The notes under the pieces: model-generated
The model's input: only the letters and a program-made list of their open reading frames with translations
Database searches by the model: none
Told to the model about the DNA's origin: nothing
Translations under genes and position numbers: made by a program
Part shown: positions 8,482 to 18,121 of the stretch, one piece after another
Position numbering within the stretch: the stretch's first letter is position 1
Layout of the letters: each line of letters starts with the position of its first letter
Origin: Acaryochloris thomasi RCC1774
GTDB lineage: Bacteria; Cyanobacteriota; Cyanobacteriia; Thermosynechococcales; Thermosynechococcaceae
NCBI RefSeq assembly: GCF_003231495.1
Contig: NZ_PQWO01000012.1
Span: 150,001-182,000 of the forward strand
Reading direction: 5' to 3'
DNA: 32,000 nt

Positions 8482-10218
8482 TTGCAACGCTTGCAGCAGC
8501 CTAATCGATACCATCTATTACTTCTCTTGGCATCGATTGTGTTAGGGCTGGGGCTGCGGCTGATAAACCTAACCGATAAATGCCTCTGGACTGATGAGCT
8601 GGCAACCTTAGTTTTCAGCCTCGGGCACAGCTTTTTAAGTATTCCTCTCGATCAGATCATCACATCTGAGACCCTTCTGCAGCCGTTGGTCCCAGATCCT
8701 CAGCTCAACCTCGGAGGCGTCGTTGAGCATTTACTAGGGGAAAGCAACCATCCGCCCCTCTATTTTTGGCTCACGCATCTGTGGCTGCAGATGTTCCCGA
8801 CCCCAGACGGCCTCGTTTCTTTGTGGGGAGCGCGATCTCTCTCGGCCCTATTCGGCACTGCGGCGATTCCGGCCATCTTTTGCCTAGGCTATCTTGCCTT
8901 CCGCTCGCTCTGGATTGCCCAGTTAGCAGCGCTATTAATGGCGACCTCTCCCCTCGCCATTTATCTGGCTCAAGAAGCGCGTCATTACACGCTCCCGATT
9001 TTGTGGGTGATCGCTTCCCTCGCCTGTTTGATAATCGCCACCCGTGCCCTAGCCGAACGCCGTCCCTTACCCTTGTGGGTGATGCTGGTCTGGATTGTAG
9101 TCAATGGATTGGGAACAGCATCACACTATTTCTTTAGCCTGACCCTCTGCGCTGAGGGGATTGTTTTGCTCGGTTTAGCAGGTCGACAGATCCAGCAGCA
9201 GGCCCTCTCTACAGACAAAACTCTCAAAGCAAACCGTTCTTTCTGGCAAAAGCATCCACTTCGATCAACGTGGCTGCGAATTGGAGTAGTGGGCGCAGGG
9301 ACGTTGGCAAGCTTGGTGGTCTGGCTTCCTTTTCTGCAGGGCGTTCAGGATAGCGAGATCACGCAGTGGATCCATCGGGGCAATCGCGTCGGACTAGAAT
9401 GGCTCGATCCGGTTTTGCAAATCCTGGCGGGGGCGAGCACGATGCTCTACATGCTGCCCATCCAGGCGAGCAATGCGCCCCTCAGCGTGGTGTCGTTTGT
9501 GGCGCTGGTGTTGCTAGCGATTTGGACGGGCTTCAAAATTAATCAGGGACTGCGGATTTCTAGCGCCAATGGCTATGCGGTCTGGATTCTAGGTGGGTTT
9601 GTTGTCGGTGCGATCGCAACTTTTTTAATCATCACCTATGGCTTCGAGCGGGAGGTGACCAGTGCCCCGCGCTATCATTTCGTCTTCTTCCCTGCGGTCA
9701 TACTGCTGATTGCCGCTGCATTGGTCCAGCAGTGGTCGCCTTCTCGAGCTGTTTTGAAACAGACGGCCATTATTATTGTCAGCCTCAGTCTACTGGGCGC
9801 AATCACCGTCGTCAGCAACCTCGGCTATCAAAAAACCCATCGTCCCGACATCGTCGCTCAAGCCATTCGAGAAGGCCCCTCCCAACAAAGCCTGATTGTC
9901 ATCGCCCATTCAACCCACGGCCAAACAGGACGAATGATGGCCCTTGCCTGGGACTTTAAACACCGTCCCCTCCAGCCTGCGCCACTTTTTTTAATGGCCC
10001 ACATCATCGACAAGCCAGAATCAGTCCTCATTCCCCTTCAGCATTCGCTGGAACAGATATCAACCCCCATCACACTTTGGCTGCTTGAGTTCAAGGGAGT
10101 TCCCGAAGACGCACTGCAGGCAACGCTCGCTGCCCATCACTGCCAGCCTCAGCCTCAAGTCAAATCAGCCACAGACGGCTATCGATATCGCATGCATAGA
10201 TGTAGAGGTGATCAGTGA
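8482..10218 (+). CDS. Polytopic membrane glycosyltransferase, GT-C fold (GT39/ArnT-like)
   Basis: 578 aa with about 10 or more hydrophobic helices. A DE motif lies in the first loop (CLWTDELATLVF), followed by HPPLYFWLTHLW, as in the PMT_2/ArnT-like family. TTG start. Confidence 0.7.
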   Translation: MQRLQQPNRYHLLLLLASIVLGLGLRLINLTDKCLWTDELATLVFSLGHSFLSIPLDQIITSETLLQPLVPDPQLNLGGVVEHLLGESNHPPLYFWLTHLWLQMFPTPDGLVSLWGARSLSALFGTAAIPAIFCLGYLAFRSLWIAQLAALLMATSPLAIYLAQEARHYTLPILWVIASLACLIIATRALAERRPLPLWVMLVWIVVNGLGTASHYFFSLTLCAEGIVLLGLAGRQIQQQALSTDKTLKANRSFWQKHPLRSTWLRIGVVGAGTLASLVVWLPFLQGVQDSEITQWIHRGNRVGLEWLDPVLQILAGASTMLYMLPIQASNAPLSVVSFVALVLLAIWTGFKINQGLRISSANGYAVWILGGFVVGAIATFLIITYGFEREVTSAPRYHFVFFPAVILLIAAALVQQWSPSRAVLKQTAIIIVSLSLLGAITVVSNLGYQKTHRPDIVAQAIREGPSQQSLIVIAHSTHGQTGRMMALAWDFKHRPLQPAPLFLMAHIIDKPESVLIPLQHSLEQISTPITLWLLEFKGVPEDALQATLAAHHCQPQPQVKSATDGYRYRMHRCRGDQ

Positions 10219-10446
10219 TAGCTCAATCAGGGGCAGGCTAGGTAAAAGCCAACATCCTGGGCATCATCTGTTAAGCTTTATTAAAAATCAAGACGATTTA
10301 CTTGTTTTTTACGTTTATGCCGCATTAGTGGAGATCAAATGATGGCTCATGCTCAACGGTAGCTCGTGCAGGGTCAGTCCAGAGCGAGTTAACCCTGGCA
10401 GGTTCTAGCGGTATTTTTCGGTTGTTGATGATGAGGTTATGTGTTC

Positions 10447-11016
10447 ATGGTTAGTGCCACTCGGCCCACTCCACTCCACACAGTCGATAGTCATTTGTCT
10501 GCGACGGATCAAGCTTCGCTACTTAATGGTGAGATCTTGATGCAGACGCGTTCCCATAGCCTGATCGGTGCAGGGGTGACGGCTCGAATGTTCTTGCCCA
10601 CGCCCCGACCACAGGCCTGGACACAGCTCACACACTACCCTAGCTGGACTCAATTCTTTCCTGACATCAACCGCAGCGAAGTTCTGTCAACGGTTGACCG
10701 CTCGTCCTCGGTTGAGCATCGACTTCACCAGACGGCTCGGAAGGACTTTTTCCTGCTGGCGGTGCAGGTTGAAATTTATATGAAGGTTACTGAAACCCAG
10801 GATCAGCGACTTCGCTTTCAGTTCGAACGGGGAAGCTTTAGTGATTTCTCAGCCGATTTGACGCTCCAGGACTACGGCCCCGGAACAATCTTGACCTACT
10901 CAGTAGAAGCTACACCTCTGATTCCGGTCCCGAGTCTTTTCATTCAAGAGGCCATTCGTCACGATTTGCCCAGCAACATGCGGCAGATGCGCCAGGTAAT
11001 CTGTGCCGCAGGCTAA
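10447..11016 (+). CDS. SRPBCC (cyclase/dehydrase-like) family protein
   Basis: ORF 10441..11016. The ATG at 10447 has GAGG about 10 nt upstream. The sequence pattern (GAGVTARMFLP..P..AW..LTHYPSWTQFFPDI...) resembles cyanobacterial cyclase/dehydrase-like proteins. The family call is from memory only. Confidence 0.6.
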   Translation: MVSATRPTPLHTVDSHLSATDQASLLNGEILMQTRSHSLIGAGVTARMFLPTPRPQAWTQLTHYPSWTQFFPDINRSEVLSTVDRSSSVEHRLHQTARKDFFLLAVQVEIYMKVTETQDQRLRFQFERGSFSDFSADLTLQDYGPGTILTYSVEATPLIPVPSLFIQEAIRHDLPSNMRQMRQVICAAG

Positions 11017-11167
11017 TGTATTTTTGTCCTAGCCAGTATGTTTACTCACTCGGCAGGTTAAATTCTGTAAAACCTACGAAAATTTGCTTTCCTGGTCTCG
11101 CTCAGGATCCCTAGAATGAGAGGGACTATCGCAACGGTTAGATTTGCGAATCGCTCGGGATTTCTAT

Positions 11168-11620
11168 ATGACTACTGGAACTGCTTCATCGACAACAGCC
11201 GAAGATTATGTTGTGGTCGGTCTTGCGACTTGCTTCATCAAGACCGAAGGCAAATTAGAATCGGTCAAAATCATTGAACCGATTCCCTCGGCGGCTCTAG
11301 AGGCAATTCTGAAGGGTATTCCCACCTCCTATGAGATGGCGCTGGGAACAACCTACGGGGCCGTTTTGCAGGGGGATACACCGCAGCAGCCCACACAGTT
11401 TCCGGCGGGAACTCAGTTCTGCGATGAGTTTGTCGAGCGACTGCAGGCCACGGCCCGCAGCTACGCCACTCGGCCAGTGGCAACAAAGCATATTCCCGTT
11501 GGCGAGGTTAAGTCCGACTTCAACTTTTCCACAGAGCGAAAGCGCACGCTGAATTCAGAGCGAATTGTCAGCGCCGAAGATAACGTTAAGCAGCACTCCC
11601 ATACCCATAAAGTGCTTTAA
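11168..11620 (+). CDS. Hypothetical protein
   Basis: ORF 11144..11620 (TTG). The ATG at 11168 is more plausible. Its codon usage looks like that of its neighbours. I recognised no family. Confidence 0.55.
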   Translation: MTTGTASSTTAEDYVVVGLATCFIKTEGKLESVKIIEPIPSAALEAILKGIPTSYEMALGTTYGAVLQGDTPQQPTQFPAGTQFCDEFVERLQATARSYATRPVATKHIPVGEVKSDFNFSTERKRTLNSERIVSAEDNVKQHSHTHKVL

Positions 11621-11660
11621 GCTAGCGTACGCTCCTCTCTGACAATCCACGATTGAGTTT

Positions 11661-11957
11661 ATGTCTGCAATGTTTTTCTACCTGTGGCAAATGCTGCATC
11701 AGTGTTGGCAGGCGCTTCAGGTGCCGATGTGCTTCATCAGTGCCTGGGGATTGATCCTCTTAATGGGCTGGCGTCTAACGTTGGCAGTGCGTACCGGGGT
11801 TTCGGTCTCTACCCGCCTGCATCAAATTCCCTGCGCAGACTGTCAGTTTTTTACAGGCGATTACCGTTTGAAGTGCACGGTGCATCCTGACACCGCCCTC
11901 TCAGAACGAGCTATTGACTGTAGAGACTTTGAGGTTCATCCGGCCAGCAACTATTGA
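11661..11957 (+). CDS. Small membrane protein with 4-Cys motif, unknown function
   Basis: 98 aa with one hydrophobic helix (FISAWGLILLMGWRLTLAV), then IPCADCQFFTGDYRLKCTVHPDTALSERAIDCRDF (CxxC...C...C). Confidence 0.55.
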   Translation: MSAMFFYLWQMLHQCWQALQVPMCFISAWGLILLMGWRLTLAVRTGVSVSTRLHQIPCADCQFFTGDYRLKCTVHPDTALSERAIDCRDFEVHPASNY

Positions 11958-12041
11958 GCGCCAGCATGAATAGGGAACTGTCTCGGGGGCAGCATCTTCA
12001 AGAATGTTATTACCCCTTCATGACAGTCAGGAGATAGCGCC

Positions 12042-12542
12042 ATGCTCACCCCCATACTGGGCTTCCTGCTTGGGAGCAGCGCGGCCACAGGGCAAGTTGC
12101 TGATGTTTGCGCCTGGACCCAGGAGGGATCGTGGGCCGACTATCAACCCGGGACGCTGCAGAAAATTGAACAGGAACTGGCGCCACCCAAGCCAGAGGGC
12201 GTTGGACAAACGCCTACAGGGCTACCGGTTAAAGTGACGGTGAACTATAGTGGCGAGTCTCGTCCGGTTTCTGAGGTGAATCGAGATGCGATCGCAACCT
12301 TCGCCCAAGCCAAACAGCCCCCTTCCCAGCCCAACATCACCGAGCTATTCACAAAAGAATTTCGATTCACCGAAGCGGGCAAGGACTACTGGCTACCGCT
12401 GCAAAAGCAAATGATCCCTTTTCTGAATAAAGAACTCTCTAAAGGCGATTCGGTGCAGCTATTGGCGCTATGGATCGGCTACGCCCACCCCCAAGGCGAA
12501 GTCAATCACACCTTTTTAGTCAACGAATTTTGCAAGCTCTAG
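12042..12542 (+). CDS. Hypothetical protein, possible N-terminal signal
   Basis: 166-aa ORF with CAGGAGA about 8 nt upstream of the ATG and a hydrophobic N-terminus MLTPILGFLLGSSAATG. No family recognised. Confidence 0.55.
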   Translation: MLTPILGFLLGSSAATGQVADVCAWTQEGSWADYQPGTLQKIEQELAPPKPEGVGQTPTGLPVKVTVNYSGESRPVSEVNRDAIATFAQAKQPPSQPNITELFTKEFRFTEAGKDYWLPLQKQMIPFLNKELSKGDSVQLLALWIGYAHPQGEVNHTFLVNEFCKL

Positions 12543-12616
12543 CCGTTCCTCTCCCGCTGCTTTGGCGACGCCAAAAGCAAGTAGACTGAGTACTTAAAGA
12601 GAAGCTAAGGGGCCAA

Positions 12617-13522
12617 TTGTCCGTGAATTTTCAGTCCGTTATTGCCAAGCTACACGAATTTTGGGGCGATCGCGGCTGTCTGATTGTCCAGCCCTACGAT
12701 GTCGAGAAGGGAGCCGGAACTAAAAGTCCCCACACATTTTTGCGCGCCCTTGGCCCTGAACCCTGGTCCGTGGCCTATGTCGAACCCTGTCGGCGACCTG
12801 CAGATGGCCGCTATGGTGAGAACCCGAATCGCTACCAGTACTACTACCAGTATCAGGTGCTGGTGAAGCCCTCCCCTGACGACATTCAAGATATCTACCT
12901 TGATTCGCTCAGAGCCTTAGGCATTCGCCCCGAAGATCACGACATTCGCTTCGTCGAAGACAACTGGGAAGATGCAGCGGTGGGCGCCTGGGGCGTTGGC
13001 TGGGAAGTTTGGCTCGACGGCATGGAAGTGACTCAGTTCACATACTTTCAGCAGTGCGGTGGATTAGACTGCCGCCCGGTCTCTATTGAGCTAACCTATG
13101 GCCTAGAGCGGCTGACGATGTATCTGCAGGAAGTAGATGCGATCGCAAAAATTGACTGGAACGGTACTCTCACCTACGGCGATGTACACCTGCAGGGCGA
13201 AATTGAGCAGTCCACTTACAACTTCGAGGCTTCCAACCCTGAGCTTCTGTTTCAATTGTTTAGTCTCTACGAGCAAGAAGCCAATCAGCTCTTTGAACGT
13301 GAACTCGTTCTCCCGGCCCTTGACTACGTCCTCAAGTGCTCCCACACCTTCAATTTGTTAGATGCTCGGGGCGTGATTTCAGTTACTGAACGGACCCGCT
13401 ATATCGCCCGAATTCGTCAACTGGCACGTCAGGTCGCTCAGCTTTATGTACAGCAGCGCGAAGCCCTTGGTTTTCCACTGCTTGGAAAGGCCGTAGCTGC
13501 CCCGGTAGGAGGTAAACCATGA
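12617..13522 (+). CDS. glyQ: Glycine--tRNA ligase alpha subunit
   Basis: Near-colinear with E. coli GlyQ as I remember it: [37 protein letters not shown]...[42 protein letters not shown] and [17 protein letters not shown]. The start could be TTG at 12617 or GTG at 12623. Confidence 0.95.
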   Translation: MSVNFQSVIAKLHEFWGDRGCLIVQPYDVEKGAGTKSPHTFLRALGPEPWSVAYVEPCRRPADGRYGENPNRYQYYYQYQVLVKPSPDDIQDIYLDSLRALGIRPEDHDIRFVEDNWEDAAVGAWGVGWEVWLDGMEVTQFTYFQQCGGLDCRPVSIELTYGLERLTMYLQEVDAIAKIDWNGTLTYGDVHLQGEIEQSTYNFEASNPELLFQLFSLYEQEANQLFERELVLPALDYVLKCSHTFNLLDARGVISVTERTRYIARIRQLARQVAQLYVQQREALGFPLLGKAVAAPVGGKP

Positions 13523-14634
13523 GCTTAGGAAAGTGGCTGGGCCTCGTTGTCCTGCTGGTCTCTCTCTATATTCTTTGGCAGATTCGCCAAGTCCTGCTGC
13601 TCTTTTTTACCGCCGTCATCTTGGCCTCAGCCCTTAATAGCTTCGTTCTTTACTTAGGCAAGCAGGGCCTCAAACGGAGCTGGGCGGTGGCACTCACCAT
13701 TGTGCTGGCGCTGGGGGTAACCTTCCTCTTTTGCCTGCTGGTGATCCCTCCCTTTATCTCTGAGTCACAGCAGTTTTCTGAGTTGGGACCTCAAAGCATG
13801 GACCGCATTGACCAGTGGACTAACTGGCTCGAAGCCCAGGTTCCCGATCAGGCCATTTTAGGCCCCGACGTCTTTGACGCCATCAATACTGTTGTCGATA
13901 ACCTCACCAACGAGATCCCCAACTATGTCAGCGATGTTTTTCGCAACTTTTTGTCGCTATTTTCCAGCTCACTCCTAGTTCTGCTGAATATTCTGCTCAT
14001 TTTTGTCTTGACGATCATGCTGCTGGTCGATCCGCACAAGTATCGCAGCATTTTTATTCGGCTGTTTCCTTCTTTTTACCGACGGCGAGCAGACGCGATT
14101 CTCACACTCTGTGACACTGCCCTCGACAGCTGGATCATCGGGATTCTATTCAACATGACTGTGATCGCGATTTGTAGCGGTATTGGTTTGTGGATCCTCG
14201 GCGTTAAGCTGGTGCTAGCCAATGCCTTAATTGCCGGTTTAATGGAGGCAATACCCAATATTGGGCCAACCCTGAGCTTAATTCCACCGATGGCCGTTGC
14301 CCTACTAGACGCACCCTGGAAAGCCTTAGCGGTCCTGATTTTCTATGTTTTGCTGCAGCAGCTTGAGCAGTATCTGTTAGTGCCAACGGTGATGGCAAAG
14401 CAGCTCGATCTGCCTCCTGCCGTCACTCTGCTTTCACAAATTATTTTTGCCCTGTTCTTTGGGTTTTTAGGTCTGCTGCTCGCGCTACCCCTCGTGATTG
14501 TGGGGCAAATTTGGTTCAAAGAAGTCATGGTCAAAGATATCCTAGACCGATGGAAATATTCGCCCCGCGATCCGAAGGCTAAGCACGCTTTTGAAGAGGC
14601 AACGCCTCCCATTGACCGCGAAGCAACAACGTAA
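13519..14634 (+). CDS. AI-2E family transporter (PerM/YhhT-like permease)
   Basis: 371 aa with about 8 TM helices and the family-typical stretch [24 protein letters not shown]...[14 protein letters not shown]. Its ATG overlaps the glyQ stop (ATGA). Confidence 0.85.
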   Translation: MSLGKWLGLVVLLVSLYILWQIRQVLLLFFTAVILASALNSFVLYLGKQGLKRSWAVALTIVLALGVTFLFCLLVIPPFISESQQFSELGPQSMDRIDQWTNWLEAQVPDQAILGPDVFDAINTVVDNLTNEIPNYVSDVFRNFLSLFSSSLLVLLNILLIFVLTIMLLVDPHKYRSIFIRLFPSFYRRRADAILTLCDTALDSWIIGILFNMTVIAICSGIGLWILGVKLVLANALIAGLMEAIPNIGPTLSLIPPMAVALLDAPWKALAVLIFYVLLQQLEQYLLVPTVMAKQLDLPPAVTLLSQIIFALFFGFLGLLLALPLVIVGQIWFKEVMVKDILDRWKYSPRDPKAKHAFEEATPPIDREATT

Positions 14635-14648
14635 GCCGAGACAAACAG

Positions 14649-14678
14649 TTGCCAATTGCGGTCAACGCCCAAGATAAT
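14649..14678 (+). promoter_or_regulatory. Candidate sigma70-type promoter for ssb
   Basis: TTGCCA (14649-14654), an 18-nt spacer, then GATAAT (14673-14678). GAGGAA lies 7 nt before the ATG at 14704. Pattern match only. Confidence 0.3.
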
Positions 14679-14703
14679 AAAATGACGACCGAGGAACAAT
14701 TTT

Positions 14704-15063
14704 ATGAGCTTGAATCTTGTTAGTCTGGTGGGCCGTGCAGGCAGAGACCCAGATGTTCGCTACTTCGAGTCAGGGAGCGTGGTCTGCAATCTGACGCTGG
14801 CCGTCAATCGACGCTCAAAGAATGATGAGCCAGACTGGTTTAGCTTAGAAATCTGGGGCAAAACGGCTGAAATTGCGGCTAGCTACGTTCGCAAAGGCAG
14901 CTTAATTGGTGTTACAGGGGCACTCAAGTTCGATCGCTGGCAAGATCGTGGAACAGGCGCTCAACGTTCTAAGCCTGTAATTCGAGTAGACCGCTTAGAC
15001 CTATTAGGCTCGAAGCGAGATACTGAGGCCAACGCGGGTAATAGCTACGACGATCAGTTTTAA
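14704..15063 (+). CDS. ssb: Single-stranded DNA-binding protein
   Basis: N-terminal OB-fold signature NLVSLVGRAGRDPDVRYFESGSVVCNLTLAVNRR...DWFSLEIWGKTAEIAASYVRKGSLIGVTGAL and an acidic C-terminal tail ending DDQF. Confidence 0.9.
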   Translation: MSLNLVSLVGRAGRDPDVRYFESGSVVCNLTLAVNRRSKNDEPDWFSLEIWGKTAEIAASYVRKGSLIGVTGALKFDRWQDRGTGAQRSKPVIRVDRLDLLGSKRDTEANAGNSYDDQF

Positions 15064-15068
15064 ACTCC

Positions 15069-16235
15069 TCAACGTACACCCGCAATCGTTCGCTGCCCCA
15101 ATTGCGTCAAAACCTGCGGCAGCACAACCGCCACCCAATCAATATCTGCTTCAGTGGTGGCGCGGCCTAGGGTCAGTCGAATGCCTGCCCTCGCTTCTGC
15201 ATCGCTATAGCCCATCGCCTTAAGAATAGGGCTAGGGGAAAGAGTTCCACTGTGGCAAGCGGACCCAGCACTAATGGCAATTCCAGCGAGGTTCATCTGC
15301 CTAACGATGGCGCGGCCACTAATGGGAGAATCACCCTGAGGCTGCAGATAGAAACTCGCATGGTGAGGCAGACGCTGCTGTCGATCTCCCGTCACGAATA
15401 GTTCAGAGATAGGTGAGAGCTGCTCAAATAAACGATCGCGCAGTTTACGCAGACGCTCAGTCTCATGGGCCATATCTTGAGCGGCCAGAGCCGCAGCCAC
15501 CCCAAACCCCACCATTGTCGGAACCGCTGGCGTTCCAGAGCGCAATCCTGCTTCTTGACCACCGCCAGTTAGCATCGGAGTGAGTGTGATGCCGGGGCGA
15601 ACATACAAGGCACCCGCACCCTGAGGACCATAGAGTTTGTGGCTTGAGAGAGAGAGTAGATCAACGGGTAATGCCTGAACATCAATTGGCAACCGCCCCG
15701 CCACCTGCACCGCATCGGTATGAAACAAAGCACCGTGATCACGCACAATACGGCCCAGCACTTCAATAGGCTGCAGAGTGCCCACCTCACTTTGCCCATA
15801 GATAATTGAGACGAGAGTCGTGTTGGGCTGTAGTGCTTTTTGCAGCTGCGCTGGGTCAATGAGTCCTTGGCGATTGACCGACAATCGAGTCACCTGCCAG
15901 CCCTGTGATTCTAGCCACTGGGCACAGTTGGAAACGGCCGAGTGTTCAATGCTTGAGATAATCAGGTGCTGCGGCGTTGTGTACTGATGGGCCACGCCCA
16001 ACAGCGCCAGATTATCGGCTTCAGTGCCGCCGGAGGTGAAGGTAAGGGTCTCAGCAGAAGCTCCGATCAGTTCAGCGACTTGGATGCGGGCTTCTTCTAG
16101 AGCTGTGGCGGACCGCTGGCCCCATTGATGCAGACTAGAGGGGTTACCCCACTGATGTTGCCAAAGATTTTGCATGGATGCGATCGCATCTTTACAGCAG
16201 GGCGTTGTAGCACCGTAGTCTAGATAAATTTGCAT
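15069..16235 (-). CDS. Cysteine desulfurase (class V aminotransferase, NifS/IscS-like)
   Basis: YLDYGATTP, FTSGGTEADNLA, the PLP-lysine motif LSSHKLYGPQGAGALYVR and the active-site loop SAGSACHSG. Confidence 0.9.
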   Translation of the reverse strand: MQIYLDYGATTPCCKDAIASMQNLWQHQWGNPSSLHQWGQRSATALEEARIQVAELIGASAETLTFTSGGTEADNLALLGVAHQYTTPQHLIISSIEHSAVSNCAQWLESQGWQVTRLSVNRQGLIDPAQLQKALQPNTTLVSIIYGQSEVGTLQPIEVLGRIVRDHGALFHTDAVQVAGRLPIDVQALPVDLLSLSSHKLYGPQGAGALYVRPGITLTPMLTGGGQEAGLRSGTPAVPTMVGFGVAAALAAQDMAHETERLRKLRDRLFEQLSPISELFVTGDRQQRLPHHASFYLQPQGDSPISGRAIVRQMNLAGIAISAGSACHSGTLSPSPILKAMGYSDAEARAGIRLTLGRATTEADIDWVAVVLPQVLTQLGQRTIAGVR

Positions 16236-16375
16236 GCCGAGTGATGATGAGTAGAATTACGGTTTTCCCTAATCCGTTGAGCTAGGCCAGAGCGGGTTCA
16301 GGCGATACCATAAAGATATCAAGCAGACACGCCAGTCTAGTTACCATTTCAACTCAAGGGGTATCATTCATTATC

Positions 16376-16696
16376 ATGAGTTTTTTTGATTCTGATATTG
16401 TGCAGCAGGAAGCCAAAGGCTTGTTCGAAGACTATCAGTCTCTCACGCAGCTTGGGGGTGACTATGGCAAATTCGACCGAGACGGTAAAGTCATCTTCAT
16501 CAAAAAGATGGAAGAAATGATGGACCGCTACCGCATCTTCATGAAGCGTTTTGAACTATCCGATGACTTCATGGCCCAAATGACCGTAGAGCAGCTCAAC
16601 ACGCAGCTAGGTCAGTTCGGTATGACGCCCCAAAAGATGTTTGACCAAATGAACACAACCTTAGAGCGCATGAAGCGAGAAATTGAAAGTGCTTAG
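16376..16696 (+). CDS. DUF1825-like small conserved cyanobacterial protein
   Basis: The 106-aa sequence FFDSDIVQQEAK.LF.DYQ.L..LG.DYGKFDR.GK..FI..ME.MMDRY.IFMKRFELS.DF matches my memory of the DUF1825 family. Not verified. Confidence 0.65.
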   Translation: MSFFDSDIVQQEAKGLFEDYQSLTQLGGDYGKFDRDGKVIFIKKMEEMMDRYRIFMKRFELSDDFMAQMTVEQLNTQLGQFGMTPQKMFDQMNTTLERMKREIESA

Positions 16697-16786
16697 CCTA
16701 GAGCATACGCTTTAAAATCCATCGCCAGTCGCAAACTGCCCCAGGCATTCAGGTAAATTGTCAGGGTACGTAAGCGATAAGCAGCT

Positions 16787-17656
16787 ATGGGTCTACTGAC
16801 AAATTTGAACGGGGTGATCTCCGAAACGGCGGAGGTTTCGATCTTAGATCGGGGATTTCTCTACGGTGACAGCATCTACGAAGTCACTCGCACCTTTCAG
16901 GGAAGATTGTTTGGCCTACAGGAACACCTAGATCGCCTGCGTCAGTCAGCCGACTACTTATACCTAGAGATTCCCTGGAGTGATAGCCAGATGCGCGCAG
17001 AGATCGAGCGCACGCTGCAGCAGGCATCTTGGCAGGAATCCTACGTACGGCTTGTGGTGAGTCGAGGTACAGAAGCGACCATTAGCCTGCAGCCCGGTGC
17101 AAATCTAAAGCCCAACTTGCTGATTGTGATCTCTGAAATTTCTCCAGAACCGACGCTTTCGGAAACGGGGCTGCATCTCACAATCGGAGCAAGACGACGC
17201 AACGACCCACGCGCTCTATCTCCCGCCGCCAAGACAGGGAATTATCTCAACAACATCTTGGCTCTTTTAGAAGCACAGCATCAAGGCGCTGATGATGCCC
17301 TAATGCTCAATACGCAGGGTCAGATCACAGAAGCCACCACCAGCAATTTTTGGATAGTCAAGGCAGGTGTTGTCTATACACCTCCTGCAGAAGTCGGCAT
17401 TCTTAAAGGGATTACCCGACAGTTTCTGCTGCAGATTATGGCCGAACATAATGTTTCCCATCAAGAGCGAGAGCTGCTGCCCACTGATTTAGATGGCATC
17501 GAGGAAGCCTTTCTCAGCTCCTCTGTTCGATTGATTATGCCCGTCAACCACATCGATCGACAGCCGCTCCCCCATTGCCCAGGTGAGATGACGCGATTCC
17601 TCTGGGCTGAATTTCTTAAGCTGATGGCACGGGAGTCCCAAGCCATCTTGGCCTAG
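16787..17656 (+). CDS. Aminotransferase class IV (branched-chain/D-amino-acid aminotransferase or aminodeoxychorismate-lyase-like)
   Basis: 289 aa with ILDRGFLYGDSIYEVTR...G.LF.L.EHLDRL..SA, a lysine-containing motif AAKTGNYLNNILA and ITE.TTSNFW.V. Fold-type IV PLP enzyme. The exact substrate cannot be called from the sequence. Confidence 0.85.
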   Translation: MGLLTNLNGVISETAEVSILDRGFLYGDSIYEVTRTFQGRLFGLQEHLDRLRQSADYLYLEIPWSDSQMRAEIERTLQQASWQESYVRLVVSRGTEATISLQPGANLKPNLLIVISEISPEPTLSETGLHLTIGARRRNDPRALSPAAKTGNYLNNILALLEAQHQGADDALMLNTQGQITEATTSNFWIVKAGVVYTPPAEVGILKGITRQFLLQIMAEHNVSHQERELLPTDLDGIEEAFLSSSVRLIMPVNHIDRQPLPHCPGEMTRFLWAEFLKLMARESQAILA

Positions 17657-18065
17657 CTCTATCAAGCCTGCGTTTCCGCTCATTTTTTCAGCAATACTTG
17701 GAGCGCTGTAGTGCGAGTCGGAGTGCGGCTAATGACGTAAAAAGCAGCGTTCCTACTCTTGCCACTGCAGCTTCAAATTTGTTATTGAGGAGCGCGCTCT
17801 GATTTGTGCAACTCCGATTAACAGGTATATGTGTACAATTGATGGCGATTAGCTTCAATAGAGTGGGTCCATCATCAATTATTAGGGTTTAATGAGTCGT
17901 GTGTGGGCAACATCAAAACCAGTGGCTCTTTCTATCTGCTCAGAATTTTGATGGCAAAGGTGAGCGCTAGTGACCGATCGATAAAGAGCGGTTGCTCGCC
18001 ATAGTCACCTCGGAGGTTAGCAAAATCCTATAATTTGTGACACTAACTTTGCATTCTGCGATAGT

Positions 18066-18095
18066 TTAGTCCTATCTCAAGGGGGGGAGTATAAT
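18066..18095 (+). promoter_or_regulatory. Candidate promoter for the coiled-coil protein gene
   Basis: TTAGTC (18066-18071), an 18-nt spacer, then TATAAT (18090-18095). CAGGAGA precedes the ATG at 18122. Pattern match only. Confidence 0.3.
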
Positions 18096-18121
18096 ATGGA
18101 ACGCCTTGGACAGGAGACGGC

